DNA of 64,000 nt from assembly GCA_964565445.1 (NCBI GenBank), contig CAZMFD010000005.1, positions 13,216-77,215 on the forward strand. Reading direction: 5' to 3'. The notes under the pieces were generated by a model. It saw only the letters and a program-made list of their open reading frames with translations, was not told where the DNA came from and did not search any database. Made by a program: the position numbers and the translations under genes. Origin of the DNA: an uncultured Geobacteraceae bacterium. GTDB lineage: Bacteria; Desulfobacterota; Desulfuromonadia; Desulfuromonadales; Geopsychrobacteraceae. Shown here piece by piece: positions 18,834 to 29,238 of this stretch (position 1 is its first letter; every line of letters begins with the position of its first letter).

Positions 18834-20117
18834 TTACAAAGCGGCATGGAGTAGTCGCTCAACCTGACGGCGATCCTTCTCAGCCCAGGGACCAACAACG
18901 GCCAGGTTCATGGTCGATGGTCTCAGAAGCTGTTGTACCACCTGCTGCACATTTTCTGCGCTTAAGTCCAACAACTCCTGGCGATCCTGCTCCAGGGTGC
19001 GCAGGTAGCCAGCCTGCAACCCCCAACCGTAACGCACCGCCAGCGATTCACTCTGGTCACGGGAGAAATCAAGGTCAAATAGATAGGTTTTTACAGCCGC
19101 AGCCAGTTCAGCGGGGCCCAGCGGTTCATCGCGCAAGCGCTTTAAGATGGCCAGCACCTCGGCGACAGCAGCACCCAGATTGTCAGGGGCAACCGCAGTA
19201 TCGATAGCCAGGTAACCGGTATCATCCAGCAGCAAACAGCTGACCTCGACCGAGTAAGTCAAACCGAGTTCTTCGCGCAGCCGCAAAGGCAGGCGGGCGC
19301 CCGCACCCCATCCCAGTATCCGCCGCAACAGACGGATCGCCATGGTGCGTTCATCTGTACGTCCGGGCAAACGAAAAGCCAGCTGAAAACTGACCTGGGA
19401 ATCAGAGTCCTGAACCCAGCAACTGCGCGGCACCCACTGCTGCGACTCCTTTAGCGGTACCAGAGGACGCGGTGTACGTGGCTGCCAGTCAGCGAATTCA
19501 CGTTCAACGACCAGCCGCAATAGCGCCGGATCAACTGCTCCGCAGGCACAGATCACCAGGTTGGCCGGATGGTACCAGTCATGAAAATAAGCCTCAAGCT
19601 GCTCCCGGCCAATCGCATTCAAGGTCTCGGGAGAACCGATCAGCGAAGCGCCCAATGGATGATCAGGCCACAACAGTTCCACCATCAGATTATCGAGATT
19701 AACCTGTTCACCACGCTCGTTAAAATCCTCCCGCGCTTCTTCAAGAACAATCTTGCGCTCCGTATCCATTTCGTTAAAACTGGGGCGCCGCAGCATGGAA
19801 GCAAACAGTTCAATACCGCGATCGACATAATCCGGGTGAACCCGCGAATGAAAACAGGTTGTTTCGGCATCGGTTGAAGCATTCACCGCCCCGCCAATCT
19901 CCTCAAAGGCACTTTCCAACTCGGTACTGTTGGCAAATTCGGCGGTACCACGAAACAGCATATGCTCAAGAAAATGTGAAATCCCCGACTGGGTCAGCGG
20001 CTCACAGCGCCCGCCAACGGCTAAATAACAGACTAGCTCCACCGCGTGCTGGTGGGGCATCGGCACCGTCACCAGGCGGAGACCATTGGGGAGGTGGTCG
20101 ACGAGATATTCTTCCAT
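18834..20117 (-). CDS. M16-family (pitrilysin/insulinase-like) zinc peptidase
   Basis: Inverted zinc motif HxxEH in HFLEHMLFRG. 427 aa, typical M16 size. Confidence 0.8.
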   Translation of the reverse strand: MEEYLVDHLPNGLRLVTVPMPHQHAVELVCYLAVGGRCEPLTQSGISHFLEHMLFRGTAEFANSTELESAFEEIGGAVNASTDAETTCFHSRVHPDYVDRGIELFASMLRRPSFNEMDTERKIVLEEAREDFNERGEQVNLDNLMVELLWPDHPLGASLIGSPETLNAIGREQLEAYFHDWYHPANLVICACGAVDPALLRLVVEREFADWQPRTPRPLVPLKESQQWVPRSCWVQDSDSQVSFQLAFRLPGRTDERTMAIRLLRRILGWGAGARLPLRLREELGLTYSVEVSCLLLDDTGYLAIDTAVAPDNLGAAVAEVLAILKRLRDEPLGPAELAAAVKTYLFDLDFSRDQSESLAVRYGWGLQAGYLRTLEQDRQELLDLSAENVQQVVQQLLRPSTMNLAVVGPWAEKDRRQVERLLHAAL

Positions 20118-20221
20118 AAAGATTATTCTCTTGCCGAAGCTGATCGGCCATTTTGCAAAAAGGACAACGGGTCACCGTTCACCGCTAACCCGTTGACAGA
20201 TTTTACCCGTACTGTTGATCA

Positions 20222-21196
20222 TTACTTTGCCAACAACCGTGCCGCTTCCTTGGCGTGGTAGGTGATGATCAGGTCGGCTCCGGCGCGCTTCATCCCCAGC
20301 AGGGTTTCCATCATCACCCCATCGCCATCAATCCACCCTTTTGCCGCGGCGGCTTTGACCATGCTGTATTCGCCGGAGACATTATAAGCGACCAGCGGCA
20401 GATCGAAGTTGTCTTTCAGCTCACGCAGCAGATCCAGATAGGCCAGAGCCGGTTTGACCATGAGAAAATCCGCCGCTTCGGCGACATCCTGAGCTGCTTC
20501 GCGCAAGGCCTCCAGGCGATTGGCGGGATCCATCTGGTAGCTGCGCCGGTCACCAAAACCGGGGGTGCTTTCCGCCGCTTCGCGAAATGGCCCATAGTAA
20601 CTGCTGGCATATTTGACCGCATAGCTCATGATCGGAATATGGTCAAAACCGTGATCATCGAGAATCATGCGGATGGCAGCAATACGCCCATCCATCATGT
20701 CAGATGGAGCAACGATATCGGCCCCGGCCTGAACATGACTCAACGCCTCTTTGGCGAGCAGTTCCAGGGTGGCATCATTATCGACATCCCCATCCTTGAT
20801 CACCCCGCAGTGGCCATGGTCGGTGTATTCACACAGGCAAACATCGGTGATCACCAATAGTCCCGGGACCTCGGACTTGATGGCACGGATGGTATCTTGA
20901 ATAATCCCGCTGTCACTGTAGGCGTCACTGCCAACGGCATCCTTGGTTTCCGGAATACCGAATAATATGACCGCCGGAATCCCCAGATCGCGAACCTCTT
21001 TGGCTTCAGCAACAATATGCTCAAGCGACTGCTGATAGATGCCGGGCATGGAGCTGATCTCTTTTTTGATGTCGACGCCAAAAGCACTGAACATGGGGTA
21101 GATCAGGTCATCAACCCGCAGATGGGTTTCGCGTACCATGCGTCGTAAGGTAGCGTTGCGGCGCAGGCGACGAGGACGATAATCAGGGAAATTCAT
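20222..21196 (-). CDS. hemB: porphobilinogen synthase (5-aminolevulinate dehydratase)
   Basis: Cys-rich zinc site [14 protein letters not shown] and active-site regions PSDMMDGR and YAVKYASS. 324 aa. Confidence 0.9.
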   Translation of the reverse strand: MNFPDYRPRRLRRNATLRRMVRETHLRVDDLIYPMFSAFGVDIKKEISSMPGIYQQSLEHIVAEAKEVRDLGIPAVILFGIPETKDAVGSDAYSDSGIIQDTIRAIKSEVPGLLVITDVCLCEYTDHGHCGVIKDGDVDNDATLELLAKEALSHVQAGADIVAPSDMMDGRIAAIRMILDDHGFDHIPIMSYAVKYASSYYGPFREAAESTPGFGDRRSYQMDPANRLEALREAAQDVAEAADFLMVKPALAYLDLLRELKDNFDLPLVAYNVSGEYSMVKAAAAKGWIDGDGVMMETLLGMKRAGADLIITYHAKEAARLLAK

Positions 21197-21238
21197 AGTT
21201 CACTCCTGTTGTATGTCTTGAAGTTCAAACTTAACGAT

Positions 21239-21404
21239 GATGCTTTCTCAAAAAATATCAATTTCCGATGGATCAGCAAAAAGCGCCAAATTCAAGGCGC
21301 GTCATTGTTGAACAATGAGGCGTACTTATGTACGTCAAAGTAGTGAAACGATGGCGACTGTTCGCAAACTGGCGCCGCAGTAGCTGAGTTTTTGCTACAC
21401 CATC
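21239..21404 (+). mobile_element. MITE-like element, copy 1 (between hemD and hemB), TSD AACGAT
   Basis: Aligns end to end with the copies at 44647 and 48731. Ends are GATGCTTTCTCAAAAA...TTTTTGCTACACCATC. Flanked by AACGAT at 21233-21238 and 21405-21410. Confidence 0.8.
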
Positions 21405-22188
21405 AACGATAATAGTCTACCATCGCTTGCAGCAGTGCATCCATCGTCCAGGTCTCGGGCTCGAGATCAACCTCAAAACCACAGTCACGAATGGTCTGGG
21501 TTGTTTGGGGGCCAATGGAGAAAAATGCGGTTGTGCCCTTAAGGCGCTCCAAATCTGGGCCGAGCATCTGCTGCAGATGGCGGAAGGTGGATGATGAACT
21601 GAAGCAGATCGCGTCCAGTTCGCCGGAAGTCAGCAGGGTACGGACTTTTTCGGCATTCTCCTGGGGGACCACGGACTCGTAGGCGATCGGGTCGACCACC
21701 GTTGCCCCGGCAGCGCGCAACTCTCTAGCCAACAAGGGGCGCGCAGCAGCAGCGCGTGGATAGAAAATCCTTTTCTGTGCGACCCCGCGTGCCAGCAGCT
21801 CCGCCACAATCCCTTCGGCCCGATGATCGGCCGGCATCAAGGTCGGACGCAGCTTATATTGCGCCAGGGCTTCAGCGGTTTTCGGCCCGACGACAACAAG
21901 CTCCAACTGGCGCAGCATACCGAAATACTGATTATTCTCGAGCATACGCGTAAACAGTGCCTGCACCGCATTGACCGAGGTCAGAATGACCATCTGGTAG
22001 GTATCCAGGTCAACTACCGCCAGATCCAGTTCCTTGTAGCTGGCGGGTGGCGCAATTTCAATGGTCGGGACGCAGATCGCTTCGCCGCCCAGAGCGTTAA
22101 TCTGGGCAACAAAGGGTGCTGCCTGTTCAGCCGGGCGCGTCACCAGAAAACGCCGACCAGCCAGTGGCAGTTGGGGCGCCCCGGTCAT
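21403..22188 (-). CDS. hemD: uroporphyrinogen-III synthase
   Basis: ATG at 22188 lies 1 nt after the hemC stop (MTGAPQLPLAGRRFLVTRP). The longer 315-aa track ORF overlaps hemC and is unlikely. Typical hemC-hemD order. Confidence 0.75.
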   Translation of the reverse strand: MTGAPQLPLAGRRFLVTRPAEQAAPFVAQINALGGEAICVPTIEIAPPASYKELDLAVVDLDTYQMVILTSVNAVQALFTRMLENNQYFGMLRQLELVVVGPKTAEALAQYKLRPTLMPADHRAEGIVAELLARGVAQKRIFYPRAAAARPLLARELRAAGATVVDPIAYESVVPQENAEKVRTLLTSGELDAICFSSSSTFRHLQQMLGPDLERLKGTTAFFSIGPQTTQTIRDCGFEVDLEPETWTMDALLQAMVDYYR

Positions 22189-22189
22189 A

Positions 22190-23146
22190 TCAGTGTTCCG
22201 CTTCCGGAAAGGTGCGACAACCATAGACCTCGTTGAGGATTGCTGCCGCGCCCTCCGCCAGCAATTCTTTCGCCAGGGCGACCCCGGCAGCATAAGCCTG
22301 ATCCGTCGGCACCATGGTAGAGCGCTTGAGCAAGGTTTTTCCTTCCACATCGGCCACCAGGGCGGTCAGTGTCAGCTGCCCCTCCTTTACCGTGCCAAAA
22401 GCGGCAATCGGCACTTGGCAGCCGCCTTCGAGGGTTGCCAGCACCGCCCGCTCAGCGATAACGGTACAGGCAGTTTCTGGATGGTTGAAAAAGTCAATCA
22501 GATCATTGGTGCGGTCATCTTCAAGCCGACTCTCAAGCCCCAGAGCACCCTGGCCGATGGCCGGCAAACAGACATCAGGCTCCAGATAACAGCCGATCTG
22601 CTCGGCAAAGCCGAGACGTTTCATGCCGGCCGCGGCGAGCACAACCGCATCAAGATTCTCGTCGGTGAGTTTACGGATACGCGTTTCAACATTGCCACGC
22701 ACGTCAATCATCTGTAGATCGGGGCGCAGATGCAGTAGCTGCGATTTGCGCCGCAATGATGAGGTGCCGATGCGTCCATCCTGGGGGATGTCCTCCAACG
22801 AACGGCGGCCGGCAGGTAACACCAGGATATCACGCGGGTCCTCACGTTCAGTAATACAACGCAATCCGGTTCCTTGTGGAAACACGGTGGGAACATCCTT
22901 CATCGAGTGCACAGCGATATCAATCTCGTTACGCAGCATCGCCTCCTGGATCTCCTTAACGAACAATCCTTTTCCACCGACCTTGGCAAGGGGAACATCG
23001 AGGATTTTATCACCTTGCGTTTTGATTTTGGTGAGGGTGACCTCCAGGTCGGGATAGCGCTGCTCAAGTTCGGCCTTGACCCAGTTGGCCTGCCACAAAG
23101 CCAGGGCACTGGCGCGGGTGCCAATACGTAATATGCGGTTGGACAT
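22190..23146 (-). CDS. hemC: hydroxymethylbilane synthase (porphobilinogen deaminase)
   Basis: N-terminal RIGTRASALALWQA and overall HemC-like sequence. 318 aa. Confidence 0.9.
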   Translation of the reverse strand: MSNRILRIGTRASALALWQANWVKAELEQRYPDLEVTLTKIKTQGDKILDVPLAKVGGKGLFVKEIQEAMLRNEIDIAVHSMKDVPTVFPQGTGLRCITEREDPRDILVLPAGRRSLEDIPQDGRIGTSSLRRKSQLLHLRPDLQMIDVRGNVETRIRKLTDENLDAVVLAAAGMKRLGFAEQIGCYLEPDVCLPAIGQGALGLESRLEDDRTNDLIDFFNHPETACTVIAERAVLATLEGGCQVPIAAFGTVKEGQLTLTALVADVEGKTLLKRSTMVPTDQAYAAGVALAKELLAEGAAAILNEVYGCRTFPEAEH

Positions 23147-23167
23147 GCGATCTCCTTCTCTTAATGA

Positions 23168-24472
23168 CTATTCTTCCGGCAATTCGGAGAGATCGTCAGA
23201 TGGGGGATGAACGGAAAGATCAAACAACATCTGCACCGCATCGAGATAGCGTAGTTTATCATCGTTACAATCAAGTTGCTTGAGCAGACGGGTTGGATGA
23301 TGGAGAATTTTATTGACGATAGCACTGGTCATGGCATCGAGCATCTTGCGCTCATGCTCGTCAAGGTCGCCGAGGTTGGACAGGGTTCTTTGCAACTCTT
23401 TCTGACGCACCTCTTCAAGTTGTTTGCGCAGGGCGACGATGGTTGGTCTGACAGTGAGGTTGGACAGCCATTCATGAAAGCGGCCGACCTCCTGATCGAC
23501 AATCTGGTCGGCCTTGACCGCCTCCTTCTCACGCTCCTTGAGATTGGACTGGACCACGCCCTGAAGATCGTCAACATCATAGAGATAAACGCTGTCAATC
23601 TTGCCGGCAGCCGGATCAATGTCGCGCGGAACGGCAATGTCGATCAGAAACATCGGCTGATAGCGCCGCATTTTACAGGCGGCCTTGAGATCTGCGGCGC
23701 TGATGACATAATCAGGAGATCCCGTCGATGACAGAAGGATATCAACCCGGTGGAGTTGCTCACGGAAGTTGGCAAAATTAACAGCGACCCCGTCAAAGCT
23801 TTCAGCCAGGCTTTCGGCGCGACTGAAAGTTCGGTTGGTCACTAACACCTTGGATACGCCGTAACGGATAAAATGTTTGGCCGCCAGTTCACACATTTCA
23901 CCGGCACCGACCAGCATGACCGTTTTGTTTTCGAGGGAATCAAAGATTTTACGCGCCAGTTCCACTGCGGCGTAAGAGACAGACACAGCGTTGCTGGCAA
24001 TGGCGGTTTCAGTACGTACCCGCTTGGCCACGGAAAACGCTTTGTGCATAAAGCGATTCAGCACCAGGCCGGCACTCTTGCCATCACAGGCATGACCATA
24101 GGCAGTTTTCATCTGACCTAAGATCTGTGGTTCGCCAACCACCATGGAATCAAGGCTGGCAGTCACCCGGAAAACATGGCGGACCGCTTCTTGGCAGGTG
24201 TGGGAATAAAGATGTTCATTGAGCTCGGCCGGGGTTAGACCATGGCACTCGGCCATAAAACGCTGCAGCTCGGCACAGGCCTGTTCCGGGCGCATGGTCG
24301 CGGCATAGAGTTCGACCCGGTTACAGGTCGAAACGATCATCGCTTCAGATATGCTCGGCAAGCCAAGAACCTGAGCAAAACAGCTTGTAAGGACATCCGC
24401 CTCAAAAGCTACCCTTTCGCGAATCTCAACCGGAGCCGTTTTATGACTGAGTCCAACGACAACAATATTCAT
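23168..24472 (-). CDS. hemA: glutamyl-tRNA reductase
   Basis: Probable start MNIVVVGLSHKTAPVEIRE at 24472. Catalytic-Cys region STCNRVELY. Confidence 0.9.
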   Translation of the reverse strand: MNIVVVGLSHKTAPVEIRERVAFEADVLTSCFAQVLGLPSISEAMIVSTCNRVELYAATMRPEQACAELQRFMAECHGLTPAELNEHLYSHTCQEAVRHVFRVTASLDSMVVGEPQILGQMKTAYGHACDGKSAGLVLNRFMHKAFSVAKRVRTETAIASNAVSVSYAAVELARKIFDSLENKTVMLVGAGEMCELAAKHFIRYGVSKVLVTNRTFSRAESLAESFDGVAVNFANFREQLHRVDILLSSTGSPDYVISAADLKAACKMRRYQPMFLIDIAVPRDIDPAAGKIDSVYLYDVDDLQGVVQSNLKEREKEAVKADQIVDQEVGRFHEWLSNLTVRPTIVALRKQLEEVRQKELQRTLSNLGDLDEHERKMLDAMTSAIVNKILHHPTRLLKQLDCNDDKLRYLDAVQMLFDLSVHPPSDDLSELPEE

Positions 24473-24494
24473 AACAACAATCCACGGCAATCGG

Positions 24495-25331
24495 TCATGG
24501 CATGGAGAAGGCTTCGAAGGTGTGATAGCCATCAAACAGCAGACTCACCCCGAGGAAGGTAAAGAGCAAAAACATAAAAGCAACTATCGAGAAAAACGCA
24601 GCGCGGCGTCCTCGCCAGCCGACCGTCAGGCGGCCATGCAGCAAACCGGCATACAAAAACCAGGTAATCAGCGCCCAAGTTTCCTTTGGATCCCAACTCC
24701 AGTAGCTCCCCCAGGCCAGGTTGGCCCAGACTGCACCGCTGATAATCCCCAGGGTCATGAAGGGAAAGCCAACGCTCAGGCAGGTGTAGTTAACCCGATC
24801 AAGCACATTGATGGACGGCAACATCCGGTATACGCGATTAAACCGTTTGCTTTTAAGCATCCGATCCTGAATCAGATACATGACCCCGGCGCCAAAAGAA
24901 AGAGCAAACGCGGCATTTCCTAAAAAGGCAAAACTGATATGGACCGGAAACAGCCAGCTCCGCAGCACCGGGTTAAGGGGAACCACCACATCCGGACTCA
25001 ACGCACTGAAGATCATCAGTCCGGTTGCCAGCGGGGCGGCAAAAGCCCCCATCACCGACAGGCGGAAGCGCAGATCCAACAGCAGAAACAGCAGCACCAG
25101 GCACCAGGCAAAAAAAGACAGTGATTCGTGCATGCTGGTCACCGGCGTACCGGAAACCATCGAATGGCGGACGGCAAAAACGCCGGCATGAACAACAATC
25201 CCCACCAGTAATACCCAACGTCCCAGGCTTCCGACACCCTCACGTTTGCCGATCATGGCCGTCAGATAGAGTAGACTGGCAATCAGGTAACTCACTGTTG
25301 TTAGTGCAAAAAGCAGAGTCACTGGTTCCAT
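24495..25331 (-). CDS. CcsA/HemX-family cytochrome c assembly (haem-handling) membrane protein
   Basis: Polytopic membrane protein with W-rich motif WGSYWSWDPKETW. Sits immediately upstream of hemA. Confidence 0.75.
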   Translation of the reverse strand: MEPVTLLFALTTVSYLIASLLYLTAMIGKREGVGSLGRWVLLVGIVVHAGVFAVRHSMVSGTPVTSMHESLSFFAWCLVLLFLLLDLRFRLSVMGAFAAPLATGLMIFSALSPDVVVPLNPVLRSWLFPVHISFAFLGNAAFALSFGAGVMYLIQDRMLKSKRFNRVYRMLPSINVLDRVNYTCLSVGFPFMTLGIISGAVWANLAWGSYWSWDPKETWALITWFLYAGLLHGRLTVGWRGRRAAFFSIVAFMFLLFTFLGVSLLFDGYHTFEAFSMP

Positions 25332-25401
25332 ATTTTTCCTTTCTGCACAAATAACAACAGTCGATCAAAGTAAAGAGCAGCAGCCGAGTGCGGCACCCCA
25401 T

Positions 25402-25980
25402 TTAACATTGAAAAAGCTCCGCTTCCACCAGTTCACACAGCAGATGACCGGCAAACTGCATCAATTCAATTTGTCGCGCCCGGTTACTGGTTGCCAGATC
25501 CAGGCACCATTCGAGGGTATCTCGATAGAGCGGATCCTTCGTACCGGCACCAGAGAATAAAGCAACCGCCTGATCGTTCTCCAACATTTCATCGCGCAAC
25601 CGCTCCAGAGTAGAATTCGGGGCCCCATTACCAAAGAGCAGTAATAATTGTTTTTCACTGTTCAGCGCACGATAATGACGAATAAATAACTGCTCATAAT
25701 CCCCGGCGGAGGCCATCGCTGCGGCCAGGGCGCTATCACTTCCCAAGCAAATGGCAGGCAAGGCCGGCCGATCAAAATCAAGACGGTAGGCAAAAGAAGT
25801 CGCAACGAGTTGAGCCACTGGATGAAATATTCCGACACCAACCGTCAATAGTTGTCCACCATCGGCAAAGAGGGTTGCTATCCGCCCTGCCAGACGCACA
25901 ATTTCCACCTGTTGGGTGTCGCAAAAACGTTTGATGAGCTCCCGGTGCTGACCAGTTGATTGTGCAAAACGAGAATCCAT
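25402..25980 (-). CDS. SIS-domain protein (GmhA/DiaA-like)
   Basis: About 190 aa from MDSRFAQ. GmhA/DiaA-like layout (GGQLLTVGVG..., LLLLFGNGAPNS). Assigned from overall resemblance only. Confidence 0.5.
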   Translation of the reverse strand: MDSRFAQSTGQHRELIKRFCDTQQVEIVRLAGRIATLFADGGQLLTVGVGIFHPVAQLVATSFAYRLDFDRPALPAICLGSDSALAAAMASAGDYEQLFIRHYRALNSEKQLLLLFGNGAPNSTLERLRDEMLENDQAVALFSGAGTKDPLYRDTLEWCLDLATSNRARQIELMQFAGHLLCELVEAELFQC

Positions 25981-26175
25981 AAAGCCTCTGCCAGCAAAAA
26001 TATGACGGCACACCAAGTCAACCCGACATGATAGGGAGGCCCCTGGTTAGTGTCAAGCTTCACCTTGAGTCCATGATTAGATCTTTGATTTTTTAACTGA
26101 GTTACTATATATTAGCTTTTGAATGAATTGACCACCCTTTTTTGAGCATTTGAATCAAGAATAAGGAGAAACTTA

Positions 26176-26505
26176 ATGGCTAGTGATAAAATTATCGAAG
26201 TTACCGATGACCAGTTCGATACCACCGTACTGAAATCTGAAACCCCGATTCTCGTCGATTTCTGGGCAAGCTGGTGTGCCCCGTGTAAGGCGATTGCCCC
26301 GGTACTCGATCAGCTGGCGGACGAATATGACGGCAAAGTCAAGATCGGCAAAGTCAACGTCGATGACAACCCGGCGACACCGGGCCAATACGGGGTTCGC
26401 GGCATCCCGACAATGATCCTTTTTCATCAGGGCAAGGTTGTCGACCAGCTGGTAGGCGCCGTGCCAAAAAACCAGATTGAAAGCCTGATCAAAAAAGCCC
26501 TGTAA
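26176..26505 (+). CDS. trxA: thioredoxin
   Basis: 109 aa. Active site WASWCAPCK. AAGGAGA RBS. Followed by a strong terminator. Confidence 0.92.
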   Translation: MASDKIIEVTDDQFDTTVLKSETPILVDFWASWCAPCKAIAPVLDQLADEYDGKVKIGKVNVDDNPATPGQYGVRGIPTMILFHQGKVVDQLVGAVPKNQIESLIKKAL

Positions 26506-26538
26506 TTTTATATTGCCCTTCTAACTTCACCAAAAAAG

Positions 26539-26567
26539 GCTTCTGCTTTCGAGCAGGAGCTTTTTTT
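26539..26567 (+). terminator. rho-independent terminator of trxA
   Basis: GCTTCTGCT-ttcg-AGCAGGAGC (UUCG loop, one G-U pair) followed by TTTTTTT. Confidence 0.8.
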
Positions 26568-26590
26568 CATCTTGTTGCTCTTTCTTCTTA

Positions 26591-26682
26591 TTGAGTAACT
26601 TTAACCCAAACCGGCATCCTACAGGAACGCCTTAGCAGGAGTTGCCTCCAGGCACGATCACGGCGAAAGCCGCTACTACATA
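26591..26682 (+). repeat. REP-like extragenic repeat, copy A (long form)
   Basis: Core is GCCTCCAGGCACGATCACGGCGAAAGCCGCTACTACAT with two small hairpins (TGCCT-cc-AGGCA; CGGC-gaaa-GCCG). The reverse complement of 33771-33861 aligns along the whole length. Confidence 0.75.
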
Positions 26683-26687
26683 GGACT

Positions 26688-28361
26688 TCAGATCGACACC
26701 CCAAAACGTCGCACTCGACTCGCATTCAAGCGGCTTTCCCTGCCGATCTGCTGCAGGGCGGCAGTGGCCTTTTCCACGATCTGCCGTTGCGGGTCGCTGA
26801 TGCCGCCCAGGCGTCCGTAACCTAGACACAAATCAATATGACGGGACAAATCATCGCCAGTTAAACCCTTGAACAGCAGGATAAAATCAGTTACCGACGC
26901 CTGGGCAAGCTGATGTTCCTCATCGCTGTGATCACCTTCTTCATGCAGCCGTTCACAAAGCTGCAGCAGGGTCAACTTTTCGCGCAGGAGATGCTGAACC
27001 TGACGGAATTTTTCAATCACCTCAGGATCCCGGATTTCCTCTGTCTCGACAGCTGACTCAATGGCAAAGAGTGTCGTTTCGCTTTTGCGTTTTTCGATAT
27101 ACAGATCGATGATCCGGGTTGCCAACTTGTCTTTGCTCAGATAGCGCAGCAGGCGCACACTGCCGTCCAGATTAACCGGGCTGATATGGCGGGCATTATC
27201 GCGGAAGCTCTCCGAGAGACAATTGATCACATCGGTGGCATTATCATCAAACGAGTTATAGAATTTACGCCAGGCCTCCTGGAATGATTTTTCCGAGCGT
27301 GCAGCGCGAAGCTGCTCGTCGCAGGCTGCTGCCAGTTTCTTCATCGGTTCTTCGTCGAGGTAACCATTTTCTACCAGATGGCCAATCTGACGACCAAAAT
27401 CATCCAGGAAAAAATTATCATAGCCACGCAGAATCGCATTCCACTGCTGTTGCTGGGTGGTCAAATTTTCCTCACTGTCGAGGGTGGCAAAAGAGGCGGT
27501 GCGGTTCATGACAAAATCGTATTCAGGGGCCTCCGCAGAGCGGCTGTAATAACACCAGGCCAACAGGACAAGAATACGTAGCGCCCGCTCTAACACCTGC
27601 GGGTCGAAGTTTTTCAATATCGGCACCAGCAAACATGCCAGCGCTTCAGTTTTTTTGATGATCCGGATGTTGCTGATCTGCAATTGCATTACTGCGGCCC
27701 CAAGAATCTTGCCTAAAGGGTCGTTGCGCAATGAAATGGCTACACAATCTTTAGCGCTCGGGGCAAAGCGCAGTTCGCTGTCGATAACCTTCTCGCGTAG
27801 GCGGTTGTATTCAATATGAGAGTTGCCTCCGAGGCTTTCATCATTGAGAATCAGCACGACCTTGCACTTTTTCTGCTCCTTCAACATGGTGATCAGCCCG
27901 AGAATATCCTGGGTCTCTATTCCTTTGCCCTTACGTTCAAAATCATCGAGACAGATCAGGGTTTTTTCCAGCGATAGAAAAGCCAGGGATTCGAAAGGCG
28001 CATCAGTAAATTCTGCCGCTTTTTCTACCGGGAAAAGAGCAAATTTCTTTTTGCCGGTGGTGAGCAGCAAGCGATTCATATTGGCACGAAAGCTCTCCAC
28101 CGAAGGGCGGCGACCGATATGCTGACGTGACATCATGTTTTCAAAGATACTGTTTTTCAGTTCCAGCAGGGAATTGATACCAAAAAGGGAAACGTATGAG
28201 TAGTCGCTCAAGGCAATGCGCCGTTGATTTTTTGCGGCATGCAGGTAAGCATTCCAGGCGTAGGTTTTACCCACCCCCCAGCCTCCTTTGATAGCAAGAA
28301 CCTCCGGTGCTTCGTTGGCCAGAAAGCGCCCGATCTGCTGTTCAATGATGGCAATGGACAT
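26688..28361 (-). CDS. KAP-family-like P-loop NTPase (soluble, no TM insert seen)
   Basis: Walker A GGWGVGKT (the G-x-WG-x-GKT form typical of KAP NTPases), Walker B LICLDDFER, then a long alpha-helical C-terminal region. Confidence 0.6.
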   Translation of the reverse strand: MSIAIIEQQIGRFLANEAPEVLAIKGGWGVGKTYAWNAYLHAAKNQRRIALSDYSYVSLFGINSLLELKNSIFENMMSRQHIGRRPSVESFRANMNRLLLTTGKKKFALFPVEKAAEFTDAPFESLAFLSLEKTLICLDDFERKGKGIETQDILGLITMLKEQKKCKVVLILNDESLGGNSHIEYNRLREKVIDSELRFAPSAKDCVAISLRNDPLGKILGAAVMQLQISNIRIIKKTEALACLLVPILKNFDPQVLERALRILVLLAWCYYSRSAEAPEYDFVMNRTASFATLDSEENLTTQQQQWNAILRGYDNFFLDDFGRQIGHLVENGYLDEEPMKKLAAACDEQLRAARSEKSFQEAWRKFYNSFDDNATDVINCLSESFRDNARHISPVNLDGSVRLLRYLSKDKLATRIIDLYIEKRKSETTLFAIESAVETEEIRDPEVIEKFRQVQHLLREKLTLLQLCERLHEEGDHSDEEHQLAQASVTDFILLFKGLTGDDLSRHIDLCLGYGRLGGISDPQRQIVEKATAALQQIGRESRLNASRVRRFGVSI

Positions 28362-28560
28362 GGGTCAGCTCCTTGAATGATCGACCACAGAACAAACTAC
28401 CCTGCCGCAAGTAGCAGGGAGAAGTCAGAATTCAGAATATAGTTTTTTGATTCAGTAGGTTGTCTTCTGGATTCTCGATTCTGCCTCCTGGATACCCAGA
28501 TATACAACGGAGCATGCTGCAGAGAATTAAAAGCCCACGCTGAATTAAAAAGAAGCAGCA

Positions 28561-29238
28561 TCAGCCTAATGCCTGGCGCAACTGCTCTCTGAATTGCCCG
28601 GCGCCGCCATTGGCGGGATGGCGTACCTTGGTCGCGGTGATCCCCAGTTGCCCCAGTTGCAACGCGGACTTTTCACCAACCGCAACAACTTGACTGAAAT
28701 TTCCAAGCTCCAGCAATTGCAATAAAACCCGATGCCCATCGTTAAGCTCCCGCGCATCCGGGGTGCGGTTACTGAGCAACCCTTTGTCCGGGTGATAGGG
28801 ATGCCAGGGAAAGGCGTTCCATAAAACCACCCGATAGGGATCTATTCCCTGCTGCGCGAAAAAACCCCAGACAATGGTCGCGGTCGGTTCGGTAAAACCC
28901 GCAGAACGCATCCCGGGCAAGCTGGTTCGACGGGGTGTGAGCCCCCTGAATACCATATCCGGCACCAGCCCTTTGTGGGTCAGGCCGCCCAACAACAAGC
29001 GCTCCGACGTCATCGGGATACCGCTGAAATGCCCCCCCTGATAGCCGATAGCTTCGGCACACAACAGGGTGTCGGCCTGCCCGATACGATCATACAGGTA
29101 GTGGGTCAGCTGTTGACAACGGATAACCGCCCCCAGATCATCTGCATCGTGGTAGGTATCCCTCTCACCCCAGGGATTAAACACCGCAGCAGCCCGATAA
29201 GTGCGCAGGCCGGCAACAAAATCAGCAAGCACCTTCAC
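28561..29238 (-). CDS. uracil-DNA glycosylase superfamily protein (family-4-like, divergent motifs)
   Basis: Motif-A-like AEAIGYQGGHFSGIPMTSE (compare GEAPG...G.PF) and motif-B-like VRHPANGG. GTG start overlaps the stop of the upstream small gene (GTGA). Confidence 0.6.
   Translation of the reverse strand: MKVLADFVAGLRTYRAAAVFNPWGERDTYHDADDLGAVIRCQQLTHYLYDRIGQADTLLCAEAIGYQGGHFSGIPMTSERLLLGGLTHKGLVPDMVFRGLTPRRTSLPGMRSAGFTEPTATIVWGFFAQQGIDPYRVVLWNAFPWHPYHPDKGLLSNRTPDARELNDGHRVLLQLLELGNFSQVVAVGEKSALQLGQLGITATKVRHPANGGAGQFREQLRQALG

Noticed and set aside
21403-22350. 315-aa version of the hemD ORF starting at 22350.
   Set aside because: The first 54 codons overlap the 3' end of hemC in another frame and look non-protein-like (W/R/C-rich). 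An ATG at 22188, 1 nt after the hemC stop, gives a normal HemD N-terminus.
26692-26701. Exact 10-mer TCGACACCCC also present at 33761-33770, just inside both inverted REP copies, considered as evidence for a composite transposon or site-specific inversion.
   Set aside because: The 10-mers are in direct, not inverted, orientation. One lies inside the KAP NTPase coding sequence. No recombinase or transposase is nearby. It is recorded within the REP finding but not promoted to a mobile-element call.
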